DNA of 64,000 nt, from assembly GCA_030057555.1 (NCBI GenBank), contig JASGUU010000020.1, positions 5,286-69,285 on the forward strand. The letters are read 5' to 3'. The position numbers were made by a program, and so were the translations under genes. Positions within the stretch are counted from its first letter, which is position 1. The number at the start of each line of letters is the position of its first letter. The notes below the pieces were generated by a model. The model searched no databases. It saw only the letters and a list, made by a program, of their open reading frames with translations, and had not been told where the DNA came from. Positions 29,701 through 37,556 of the stretch are shown in pieces. Origin of the DNA: Bacillota bacterium (GTDB taxonomy: Bacteria; Bacillota; Clostridia; Saccharofermentanales; Fastidiosipilaceae).

Positions 29701-30009
29701 GATTACGAGGACGGCCTCACGCTGGCCGAGGCGCTCAGGCAGCGCGCAGCCCGCCTCGCCGAGCAGCCGTGTCGCGAGGCGCGGGAAGGACAGCACCTCG
29801 GCCGTCAGCAGGGCCGTGCCCGACTGGCGTTCGAGGTAGCGGCGTTCGGTTCGGAATTTGCGTGTCTCAGGAACGATGAGAAAGGAACGGTGGCGCGGCC
29901 AGACAGATTCGGCCGCCGCCACCTGATCCAGACAGTAGTCGAGGAGGCGGCCGGCCTGGGGCGCCTCGACGGCGCGGACCCGGGCTCCCGGCACAGCCTT
30001 TCCGCTCAC
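26791..30009 (-). CDS. addB: ATP-dependent helicase/nuclease AddB (Fe-S type)
   Basis: Position upstream of addA. C-terminal nuclease with Cys cluster (CPWQFF ... CAWCLQRQAC). GTG start overlaps the stop of the upstream ligase gene (GTGA). Confidence 0.9.
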   Translation of the reverse strand: MSGKAVPGARVRAVEAPQAGRLLDYCLDQVAAAESVWPRHRSFLIVPETRKFRTERRYLERQSGTALLTAEVLSFPRLATRLLGEAGCALPERLGQREAVLVIARVIRRGGRERYPLFHRLVSEDSFLGHLASLLDSFRRYGIDAAALERAAALAPAAHGHAKLEEFARLEADQRAALGELGLEPVTALLDRLADLLAEVEGGAVSPRARRLAWLRDARVWVTGFGETRGFTPQELAILGSLGRILAGLTVTLVREPLPPEAGAGAQDAAAAAATAATAPAWRGGAETYAALARILPGLERIVLETGQSPAARLPRDPVQLFYAESELAEAETVAARIHAAVQAGRRYREIAVCQASPGGLARLARAFARFHIPAYIDDRPPLAEVSLARLLQQLTALAARNWPRGALLAALRSGLLLPPGREELIDRLENHLIARGLDHGRIFHDPGYEDVPELLALRREWLDPLRPAVSALGRAQNGGAAGEALARLLEAAGLRPLLEARIGALQAAGSEAEAEALVRAWVILGNFLGRLRTNFADDVMDAHSLGRHLDALYQVEAVGSLPSRMDEVIVSPVRRLDFLPVRQLYLLGASNAHLPETGAATSLLRDEEAALIEGEGGARLPGFEASRQIRHAFWVEQLFRCPAERLTISLAGEPGELATMLRARCQFLSVEECRISDAIPAGDPRLASPAIARRTQALQAARKRPQPVANKSSIEAGAAAVRVPLLLGSPATLSVSRLESYAACPWQFFAGILLGVDERERWQADPRLRGDLVHALMEELMAELVGLLTEQEEQGEEARIADWQAGLEHGGLDRRADRLIAADGRFAAYRTGGGFQTRRRSGIERVRAALPVLVDDLRSKKWRPDAFELGFELQLDADSRLVGVIDRRDLAVEGSGQRLIDYKTGAAEIEWERMAAGLDLQLLTYADALSSTAEPGAGIDAGYVQLRSPRESLAQRPDDPAAEGARIRDRRYGYRNLDFDAVTMQRAIRYNRRWLERYARDIRAGRYPVAPRRTSGSDLPCAWCLQRQACGIEEPLSESRRENCLPPPESGRNSRRRERYIRLVGGEEKEA

Positions 30010-31826
30010 GGGAGATACTGGTCTATGTTGGCCCCGTCGAGTTCGCGCATCGTGCGTCCGATACGGCCGAGGAGCATTTCGAGCTTGGCATTCTCCTCGT
30101 TGCGCTTGACCTTCAGGGTCGTCGTCCGGATGTAGTCCTGTTCGGTGAAGATAAAGTAGCGCACGGCCTTGTACGCCGGCAGGTCGCGGTTGATGCGGGC
30201 GATCGCGGTCTTCAGATAAGCCGCCACGGCCTCATCATCATCACGCTTCTCAAGCGGGAGAGCGGAGCGCTCGAGGCGCAGGCTGGCACAGAGGTCAATC
30301 GTCTCACGGGCGTTCATTTCACCCCAGACGATACTCTCGGCCACACCGGGAATATCGTTCAGGCTCGCCTCAATCTCCTCAGGGAAGGCCTTCTTCCCGT
30401 TGGTCAGGACGATCATGGACTTCGTGCGGCCGGTAATAACGAGACAGCCGTGCTGGTCGAAGCGGCCCATGTCGCCGGTTCTGAGCCAGCCGTCCGACGT
30501 GAGTACCGCACTGGTCTCGTCCTCGTCCTCGAAATAGCCCAGCATGACCGACTCGCTCTGCACGAGAATCTCGCCGACGCCGTCGTCGCTGCCGCTGTCG
30601 TCGATGCGCACGCGGACATCACCGAGCGGCGGTCCCACCGTGCCCGGCACGTTGTTGCGTACCGTGCCAACCGAAACCACGGGTGAACACTCGGTCAGAC
30701 CATAGCCCTGCGTAAACATCACGCCGAAGTCATAGAAAGCCTGATGAATCTCGGCATCGATCGCCGCCGCGCCCGAGACCACCAGGCGCAGACCGCCGCC
30801 GAGGCCGTCGATGACGGACTTGAAGAGCTTGCGGTTCGTTTTGAAGCCGAAGTTTGCGAGCGCACGGCCGACCGGGCGCATCAGGCGCACCAGATCCGCC
30901 TTGCCCGACTCCGTGATGCGGTCCGAGACGCGCTTGTAAATGTTTTCAAAGAGCAGCGGCACCCCGATCATGAGGTTGATCTTCCACTCGACCAGATTGT
31001 TCGCGAGATAGCGCAGGCCGTCCATGAAGCAGATGCAGGCGCCGTTGTCGAGCATGGCGAACATGCCGGCAGTCGTTTCGAACGTATGATGCAGAGGCAG
31101 CACCGAGAGGCAGCGCTCGCCCGGGAAGATCTCGAGCGATCCGGTAATCTGGTAGAGATTGGCACAGATGTTGCGGTGGCTGAGCATCACGCCCTTTGAG
31201 CGCTGCGTGGTGCCCGAGGTGAAGAGCAGAATCGCGAGGGCATTCTCGTCGATCTTCCGGTCGAGATAGCCGCGGTCGCCGACCGCGAGGCGCTCATATC
31301 CGGCCAGCAGCAGGTCGCTGTAGAGGACGATGCGGTCGTCGTCAGGCTTCTCATAGGGCTTCTCATCCGTATGCACAGGATCCATGACGATGAGCCGCTC
31401 GAGTCCGGGACAGGACTCGAGGGCCGCGAGGCCCGCCGGCACAAGCTTTGGCGTAACAAACATGGCTCTCACCCGCGCACGCTGCGCGAGGTTGACCACC
31501 TCGACCTCGGGCAACATGCGATCCAGCGGGACGATGACACCCACGCCGCAGCAGACGGCGTTGTAGGCCACAGCCCATTCATAGCTGTTCTCGCCGGTCA
31601 CGGCGATGAAGGCATCTGCGAATCCCAGCGACATCAGAGCCGTGCCCAGCGCTTCGACATCGGTCACCAGCTCCTCGTAGGTGCGGATGTAGACGCGTCC
31701 GTTCGGCCGCCGGCGGAACATGTAGGCCGGGCTGTTGCGGTAGAGCTCGCGCCCGCGGCGCAGCATGTCCAGAATCGTGCGATGCCTTTGCCCTTCATAC
31801 AGACGGCGGCCAGTCATTTCCTGCAT
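30006..31826 (-). CDS. AMP-forming long-chain acyl-CoA/acyl-ACP ligase
   Basis: AMP-binding signature LFTSGTTQRSKGVMLSHRN, YGLTE, TGD...GR.K motifs. SD AGGAGAA. Confidence 0.88.
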   Translation of the reverse strand: MQEMTGRRLYEGQRHRTILDMLRRGRELYRNSPAYMFRRRPNGRVYIRTYEELVTDVEALGTALMSLGFADAFIAVTGENSYEWAVAYNAVCCGVGVIVPLDRMLPEVEVVNLAQRARVRAMFVTPKLVPAGLAALESCPGLERLIVMDPVHTDEKPYEKPDDDRIVLYSDLLLAGYERLAVGDRGYLDRKIDENALAILLFTSGTTQRSKGVMLSHRNICANLYQITGSLEIFPGERCLSVLPLHHTFETTAGMFAMLDNGACICFMDGLRYLANNLVEWKINLMIGVPLLFENIYKRVSDRITESGKADLVRLMRPVGRALANFGFKTNRKLFKSVIDGLGGGLRLVVSGAAAIDAEIHQAFYDFGVMFTQGYGLTECSPVVSVGTVRNNVPGTVGPPLGDVRVRIDDSGSDDGVGEILVQSESVMLGYFEDEDETSAVLTSDGWLRTGDMGRFDQHGCLVITGRTKSMIVLTNGKKAFPEEIEASLNDIPGVAESIVWGEMNARETIDLCASLRLERSALPLEKRDDDEAVAAYLKTAIARINRDLPAYKAVRYFIFTEQDYIRTTTLKVKRNEENAKLEMLLGRIGRTMRELDGANIDQYLP

Positions 31827-31845
31827 GGGAATTCTCCTGTGCTAT

Positions 31846-31857
31846 ATTGATGTCAAT
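31846..31857. promoter_or_regulatory. Palindrome attga-tg-tcaat in the divergent ligase/acyltransferase intergenic region (candidate operator)
   Basis: 5+2+5 inverted repeat 20 nt upstream of the ligase ATG. Loosely resembles the TTTGA-N3-TCAAA core of streptococcal FabT boxes, but with different spacing. Confidence 0.25.
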
Positions 31858-31905
31858 TCTGCTTGCGCTACAGAATATTATGCCAACTATAGTCAAGTAC
31901 CCCCG

Positions 31906-31917
31906 GACTGTACAGTC
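31906..31917. promoter_or_regulatory. Perfect 12-bp palindrome gactgtacagtc (candidate operator)
   Basis: Perfect palindrome about 27 nt upstream of the acyltransferase ATG. Confidence 0.25.
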
Positions 31918-31943
31918 TGCCGTTGCCGGCTGTTGCCGGGGAT

Positions 31944-32789
31944 ATGATACCTGCGACACTGAATATCAGCCGGCTCTCAGACCGGTATGTGGAGGCGTGG
32001 ATGGTGAGTGCAAAGAACGGACCGCAGCCCGAAATCAACATGGACCGGAAAACGGCTGTTACGCGGCAGCGCCGTCCGGCCGCCGAGACGCCCGTGCGTC
32101 CCGTACACCGTGGCATTTCGGGATGCCTGCTGAACAGCTTCGGCATGTGGCTCACACGCCATCTGGTCCGTCTCGAGGGCCGTGGGCTTGAAAACCTGCC
32201 CGCCTCCGCACCCTATATTCTGGCACCCAACCACGAAACCTTCGTAGACGGCATGTGGGTCGCCTCCTTCCTGCCCCGCGAGCAGTTCAAGCTGTTCTGC
32301 TCCCTCGCCGGCTCCGATCTGCTGACTGACTACGGTCTCTTCGGGCGCATCATCATGCGTGTCGGGCGCGGCGTCCCGATCGACCGCCACGGCTCACCGC
32401 TCAGCGGCCTGCAGCTCGCCCGTGCCCAGCTGGAGGCCGGCGAAATTCTGATGATTCATCCCGAGGGCACCAGAAGCCACGACGGCCGCCTCGGCCGCAT
32501 TCAGGAGGGCGCCGCCTTCATCGCGAAGCGCTGCCGGGTGCCCATCATTCCGGTTTTCATAGATGGCGGCTACGAGATCTTCGGACGCCACAGCACCTGG
32601 CCAACGCCGCGCGACGAGAACGGCGAGAAGCGCCGGCTCATTCTGACCTTCGGCAAACCCCTGGATCCGGCCGACTTCCGTTCGGCGCGCGACATGACGG
32701 CGGCTCTGGCCGCCTGGATGAACGAGAAATTCGCTCAAAAGGAAGTGCCGCGCCTTTACGCCTCGGAGAAGCAGGCGGGCAGCCCGTAG
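31944..32789 (+). CDS. 1-acyl-sn-glycerol-3-phosphate (lysophospholipid) acyltransferase family
   Basis: NHETFVDG (NHxxxxD) and PEGTRS motifs. Start uncertain (ATG 31944 or TTG 31923). Confidence 0.8.
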   Translation: MIPATLNISRLSDRYVEAWMVSAKNGPQPEINMDRKTAVTRQRRPAAETPVRPVHRGISGCLLNSFGMWLTRHLVRLEGRGLENLPASAPYILAPNHETFVDGMWVASFLPREQFKLFCSLAGSDLLTDYGLFGRIIMRVGRGVPIDRHGSPLSGLQLARAQLEAGEILMIHPEGTRSHDGRLGRIQEGAAFIAKRCRVPIIPVFIDGGYEIFGRHSTWPTPRDENGEKRRLILTFGKPLDPADFRSARDMTAALAAWMNEKFAQKEVPRLYASEKQAGSP

Positions 32790-33838
32790 CTGCGCGGCCA
32801 GGCGAGACGCAGCGCCCCCGGCTCGACGCGGATATCGACTTCGCGCGCCAGCAGGCCCTCGCCGTCGATGGTCAGGTAGAGAGGCTCGGCGTCCGCCGCT
32901 GCGGCCATGAACGCGGCTGACCGGTTCTGGCGAAACAGTGAAAGCGCCCTGTCATCCCCCTCCTTATAGGTCCCGGCGAGACGCAGGATATCAAACACGC
33001 TGACTACCCGGCTGACGCGGCTGTCGAGGAGACCGTCATCGATCTTTGCCAGGGGTGCCGGCTGAAAGCCTCCGCCGTAGTAGGAGGCGTTGCAGATGGC
33101 TCCGAGCGAGTATTCGACGGTTTCCTGGCCGGCGTCTCCGGCGTTCAGATGCATGCGAAAGCGCTTGTTGGAAAAGAGCAGGCGCACAACCCCGAGCACA
33201 TAGGTCAGGGGGCCGAGGCTGCCGAAACGCCGGGTGAAGCGATTGGCAAACATCGCCACGCGCGAATCGAAGCCGATCGATATGACATTGAGGCAGTGGG
33301 CGGTGACATCCTGAGGCCGGGCGAGAACCTCGCTGTCGGTCCACTCGGCTTCGCGGCATTCCAGTTTGAGGAGATCAATGGGACGGACGGAGAGATTCTC
33401 CCGCAGAATTTCCGTGAGCGGCCGCTTCGGTCCCTGCGGCGACCAGCCCAGAGCATCGAGCACATCGAGTCCGTCACCGGACCTGCCGCGGTAGATCGTG
33501 CGGCCGAAGTCATTGCCGCTGCCGACCGGCAGGACGAGCATGGGACTCGGGCTGCCGGCCAGCGCACCGGCTACCTCTCCGCTGCTGCCATCTCCGCCGG
33601 CAGCCATGATAAGAAGCTCCGGACCATAGCGCTCGCTCGCCTCCCGTGCCAGACGGCTGGCGTCGCCCGTCCCCTCTGTTTCGGCGAGGCGCAGCTGGCC
33701 CGGCGCGATCGTGACGGTTCGGTCAAGCGGCAGCGAATACGGGGCCAGCAGGCGGATGAGGCGGCGGGCGCGCAGGGAACGCGGATTGACAATGACCAGG
33801 GCGCGGTCGGGATGCGAATCAGGCATGGCGGGACGCAT
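32756..33838 (-). CDS. Diacylglycerol/lipid kinase family (DgkB/YegS-like)
   Basis: DAGK catalytic-domain pattern ALVIVNPRS ... AAGGDGSSGEV ... LPVGSGNDF. Confidence 0.85.
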   Translation of the reverse strand: MRPAMPDSHPDRALVIVNPRSLRARRLIRLLAPYSLPLDRTVTIAPGQLRLAETEGTGDASRLAREASERYGPELLIMAAGGDGSSGEVAGALAGSPSPMLVLPVGSGNDFGRTIYRGRSGDGLDVLDALGWSPQGPKRPLTEILRENLSVRPIDLLKLECREAEWTDSEVLARPQDVTAHCLNVISIGFDSRVAMFANRFTRRFGSLGPLTYVLGVVRLLFSNKRFRMHLNAGDAGQETVEYSLGAICNASYYGGGFQPAPLAKIDDGLLDSRVSRVVSVFDILRLAGTYKEGDDRALSLFRQNRSAAFMAAAADAEPLYLTIDGEGLLAREVDIRVEPGALRLAWPRSYGLPACFSEA

Positions 33839-34076
33839 TCAGTTCGCGCTCAACATAGGCGCTGATACGCGCGACCGAGCGCAGCTGGTCGATCACCTCA
33901 TCGGGAATGCGCAGCCGGAAGCGACTCTCCAGATCGACCACCACTTCGAAGACGGCGAGCGAATCCATGTGGAGGTCGTCCACCAGGTCCGCATCGGGAT
34001 CGATGGCGGCGCTGTCGAGGCCGGCGGCCTCCGCAACGGTCTCGCGAACGGCCGCCTCGACGGAATTCCTGTCCAT
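33819..34076 (-). CDS. Acyl carrier protein paralog (85 aa)
   Basis: LHMDSLAVFEVV phosphopantetheine Ser motif in a four-helix-sized protein. ATG 34076 preceded by GGAGGTG. Confidence 0.85.
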   Translation of the reverse strand: MDRNSVEAAVRETVAEAAGLDSAAIDPDADLVDDLHMDSLAVFEVVVDLESRFRLRIPDEVIDQLRSVARISAYVERELNASRHA

Positions 34077-34077
34077 G

Positions 34078-34578
34078 TCACACCTCCAGAGCATCCTGCC
34101 CGCTGTAGCGGGCATAGCGGGCGGCCAGAGAATCGTCGACACGCACGAGCATGCCGAGGAGCATGGCCTTCTCCTCCTCCGTATAATCGGCAACGATGTC
34201 GGCCACCAGCAGGTGGTGGAAGCGCCAGAGCAGACGGCAGGCGACCCTGCCGCGCCGCGTCAGTGAAAGCAGGACGATACGGCGGTCGTTTTCCGCCCGT
34301 TCACGGACGACATAGGCCTTTTTGACCAGGCGGTCAACGGCCACCGTAAGCGTACCGGTCGTGATATTGAGCGCCGCCGCCGTCTCCCCCATCGCACGCT
34401 TCTCGTAGGGGCCGATCACGGCGAGGGTGTGCATCTCCGCCTTCGTCAGATCCGGAAAGTAGCCCGTGATCAGGGCCTCCTCCTCGGTCAGCGAGATGCG
34501 CTCGTGGATCGACAGCAGGCGCTCCAGGATCAGACGGTTGAGCCCGCCTCCGTCAGCGGCCGGCAGTCCGGGCGCCAT
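34078..34578 (-). CDS. MarR-family transcriptional regulator
   Basis: Winged-helix region LTKAEMHTLAVIG...TTGTLTVAVDRLVKKAYVVRERAENDRRIVLLSLT. ATG overlaps the ackA stop (TGATG). Confidence 0.85.
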   Translation of the reverse strand: MAPGLPAADGGGLNRLILERLLSIHERISLTEEEALITGYFPDLTKAEMHTLAVIGPYEKRAMGETAAALNITTGTLTVAVDRLVKKAYVVRERAENDRRIVLLSLTRRGRVACRLLWRFHHLLVADIVADYTEEEKAMLLGMLVRVDDSLAARYARYSGQDALEV

Positions 34579-35786
34579 CAGACACCCGTTGCCAGCCGTG
34601 CCGTATCCTTCGCGATCATGAGTTCTTCGTTGGTCGGGATACAGTAGACGCGGACGCGGGAGTCGGCTGTCGAAATCAGGACCTCCTCGCCCCTTCTGGC
34701 ATTGGCTTCGGCGTCGATCTCAATGCCCAGATAGCCGAGGCGCTCGCAGACGGCGGCACGGAGCGCGGGCGTGTTCTCTCCAATGCCGGCGGTGAAGACG
34801 AGGCCGTTCAGGCCGTTCATCGCAGCGGCATAGGCGCCGACCGACTTCGCAACCTGATAGATGAACATGTCGAGAGCGAGCTGGGCGCGTTTGTTGCCCT
34901 CATCCGCCGCGGCATAGAGGTCGCGGAAGTCGGAGCTGACACCGGAGATCCCGAGAACACCGGACTCATGGTTCATGATCCTGTCCATGCGGTCGATGTC
35001 CAGGCCGTCCTCGCTCTTTGCATTCATCATGAAGCGGATGATGGCCGGATCGATGTCACCGCAGCGCGTGCCCATCGGCACACCGGCCAGCGGCGTCATG
35101 CCCATGGTGGTGTCGATCGAGCGGCCGGCGCGGACGGCGGTGATGGATGAACCGTTGCCGAGGTGGCAGGTGACGATCTTCGACTCTTCGAGCGGCAGGC
35201 CCATCAGGGCGATGGCGCGTTCGGCGACATACTGGTGGCTCGTGCCGTGGAAGCCGTAGCGGCGTACGCCGTGCTCGGCATAGAAGCTGTAGGGCAGAGC
35301 ATACATGTAGGCCTCGGCCGGCATCGTCTGGTGGAAGGCGGTGTCGAAAACGGCCACCTGGGGCTTCCCGGGCATGGCGTTCCGGCAGGCCTGAATGCCG
35401 GCGAGGTTGGGCGGGTTGTGCAGCGGGCTGAGCGGAATCATGGCGCGTATGGCGGCAACCACTTCCGCATCAATAAGGCATGAGCCGGCGAAGCGCTCAC
35501 CGCCGTGGACGACGCGATGGCCGACGGCATCGATGGCGTCCATCGTCTCCACCACGCCGCATTCAGGCGAGGTCAGGAGTTCCAGCACGCGCTGCATGGC
35601 GACGCTGTGGTTCGGCAGTTCCAGCACTTCGACCAGCTGCTCGGCGCCGGGACGGCTGTACTTGATCTGCGAGCCGTTGATGCCGATGCGCTCGGCGAGG
35701 CCCTTCGCGAGGACGCGGCCGTCCTCGCTGTCCATGAGCTGATACTTCAGCGACGAACTGCCGGCGTTAACTACGAGAATGATCAT
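34578..35786 (-). CDS. ackA: Acetate kinase
   Basis: ILVVNAGSSSLKYQL N-terminus, HRVVHGG, FHGTSH. Confidence 0.96.
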   Translation of the reverse strand: MIILVVNAGSSSLKYQLMDSEDGRVLAKGLAERIGINGSQIKYSRPGAEQLVEVLELPNHSVAMQRVLELLTSPECGVVETMDAIDAVGHRVVHGGERFAGSCLIDAEVVAAIRAMIPLSPLHNPPNLAGIQACRNAMPGKPQVAVFDTAFHQTMPAEAYMYALPYSFYAEHGVRRYGFHGTSHQYVAERAIALMGLPLEESKIVTCHLGNGSSITAVRAGRSIDTTMGMTPLAGVPMGTRCGDIDPAIIRFMMNAKSEDGLDIDRMDRIMNHESGVLGISGVSSDFRDLYAAADEGNKRAQLALDMFIYQVAKSVGAYAAAMNGLNGLVFTAGIGENTPALRAAVCERLGYLGIEIDAEANARRGEEVLISTADSRVRVYCIPTNEELMIAKDTARLATGV

Positions 35787-35820
35787 GGATTTCTCTCCCC
35801 TTCAGCTGTAGGCTCCGGCC

Positions 35821-36813
35821 TCAGGCGTTCTGAGCCTGCACGGCGGTAATGGCGATAACACCGAGGATGTCATCAGGTGAGCAGCCGCGCGAGAGGTCGT
35901 TGACCGGCTTCCCGATGCCCTGCAGCAACGGGCCGTAGGCATCGGCGCCGGCGAGGCGCTCGGTGAGCTTATAGGCTATGTTGCCGCTGTCGAGGTTGGG
36001 GAAGATGAGAACGTTAGCTTTGCCCTCGACCGGGCTGCCTGGCGCTTTCTTGGCGGCGATTGCCGGCACCAGGGCGGCATCCACCTGCAGTTCGCCATCG
36101 ATCTTCAGGTCCGGTGCCTTCTGACGGGCGAGCTCGTAGGCCGCGATCACCTTCTCGGTCAGCTCGGACTTCGCCGAGCCCTTCGTCGAATAGGAGAGCA
36201 TGGCGACACGCGCCTCCACACCCGTCCACATCTCAAGGGTTTTCGCCGACGCGATCGCGATTTCGGCGAGTTGTTCGACGTTCGGATTTTCGTTCAGCCC
36301 GCTGTCGGCATAGATCAGCGTGCCGTCGACGCCAAAGTCCGGGGTCGGCAGGGTCATGATGAAGTAGGCGGAGACGAGTTTCGTGCCAGGTGCGGTGCGC
36401 AGGATCTGCAGGGACGGACGCAGGACATCGGGGGTCGAATAGACGGCGCCAGCGACCATGCCATCGGCGACGCCCTCGTGGACGAGCATGACAGCGAAAT
36501 AGATCGGCTCGTCAAGCAGCACACGGGCCTTCTCGGGGGTCATCCCTTTGGCCTTCCGCAGTTCCACCAGCTCGGCCTCGTAGGCGGGACGTTCGGGGCA
36601 GTCCGCCGGGTCTATGAAGGTGGCGCCGGAGAGATCCCAGTCGCCGGCACGGCTGCGTATGCGCGCGGGGTTGCCGACCAGAATGATGTCGGCGAGGCCG
36701 TCAGCGAGTGCGCGCGAGGCGGCCTCGAGCACGCGGATATCGTCCGTTTCCGGCAGCACGATGCGCTGTCGATCGGCACGGGCACGATCCATAATTCCTG
36801 ACATGAAACTCAT
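35821..36813 (-). CDS. pta: Phosphate acetyltransferase
   Basis: PTA_PTB family (RIVLPE.DD.R.L.AA ... SYSTKGSA ... DLSRG). ORF trimmed to ATG 36813, preceded by GGAGGA. Confidence 0.93.
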   Translation of the reverse strand: MSFMSGIMDRARADRQRIVLPETDDIRVLEAASRALADGLADIILVGNPARIRSRAGDWDLSGATFIDPADCPERPAYEAELVELRKAKGMTPEKARVLLDEPIYFAVMLVHEGVADGMVAGAVYSTPDVLRPSLQILRTAPGTKLVSAYFIMTLPTPDFGVDGTLIYADSGLNENPNVEQLAEIAIASAKTLEMWTGVEARVAMLSYSTKGSAKSELTEKVIAAYELARQKAPDLKIDGELQVDAALVPAIAAKKAPGSPVEGKANVLIFPNLDSGNIAYKLTERLAGADAYGPLLQGIGKPVNDLSRGCSPDDILGVIAITAVQAQNA

Positions 36814-36933
36814 AGGGCTTTGGTCCTCCGATCTCTGACTTTCGCCATGCTCCGGGTTCACCCGGCAGCGGGCACGCCATAGCGGCGGACCACCATGCAG
36901 TTGCCAACGACCCACCGCTAAAAGTATAGATGC

Positions 36934-36942
36934 AGTATAGCA
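36934..36942 (-). promoter_or_regulatory. Putative extended -10 (TGcTATACT) for the pta operon
   Basis: Minus strand reads tgtttGCTATACTgcatcTATACTt about 120 nt upstream of the pta ATG. No good -35. Confidence 0.3.
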
Positions 36943-37054
36943 AACACCGGCCATGACGCCAGAACAATCACCGCTCCTCCTGCGTTTTCCCGTGAATCTG
37001 CCGGCTGCCCGTGTGCCTGCGCAGCGGGATCACGGGATGTGCCTGCTACCGGGC

Positions 37055-37498
37055 AACTGAGTCCATGCAGGCGCACAACCAGGCACGTTCCAGGAGATTG
37101 TGAAGCGATCCCAGCTTCTATTGCCCTGATGCCGCAGGATTATGGCGATTCCGACAAGCAGCGCGCCGTGCAGCGGCGTGCGCGCCCTTCTTTGTGGTCA
37201 AGATGACGAGTAATCCAAATCCGTTTTTGGATAACTCTGCGTTTTGACCACCAGAAGTCAGCGAGCTGCTTTTCTCTCCCCGTATCAGCCGTCCACCTGA
37301 CATGCACCCCCGCTTCCCGACACGCATGACATGCACCCCCATTCTGTCGAAGCAACATACGCCAGCTTAGGTCGGCGGCGAACTTTCAAGTTCCCTGCAT
37401 GAAGATGAACAACTGAAGCTGTTATTCCCGGCTTCGGTCATGTATGCCAGCTTTTTGGCGCAGCTTTGCTCCATTTCATCGCTGTCGTCCAAAAGCAG
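37055..37498 (-). repeat. Modular non-coding dispersed element, copy 2 (single 71-nt unit)
   Basis: Its reverse complement aligns with 8118-8927. The single hairpin unit lies at about 37188-37257. Confidence 0.75.
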
Positions 37499-37556
37499 CC
37501 ATCCATGTCCGTCCGCGGCAGCAGGCTGCGCTTTCCGTCGGTGCCGGGCACGGGGA

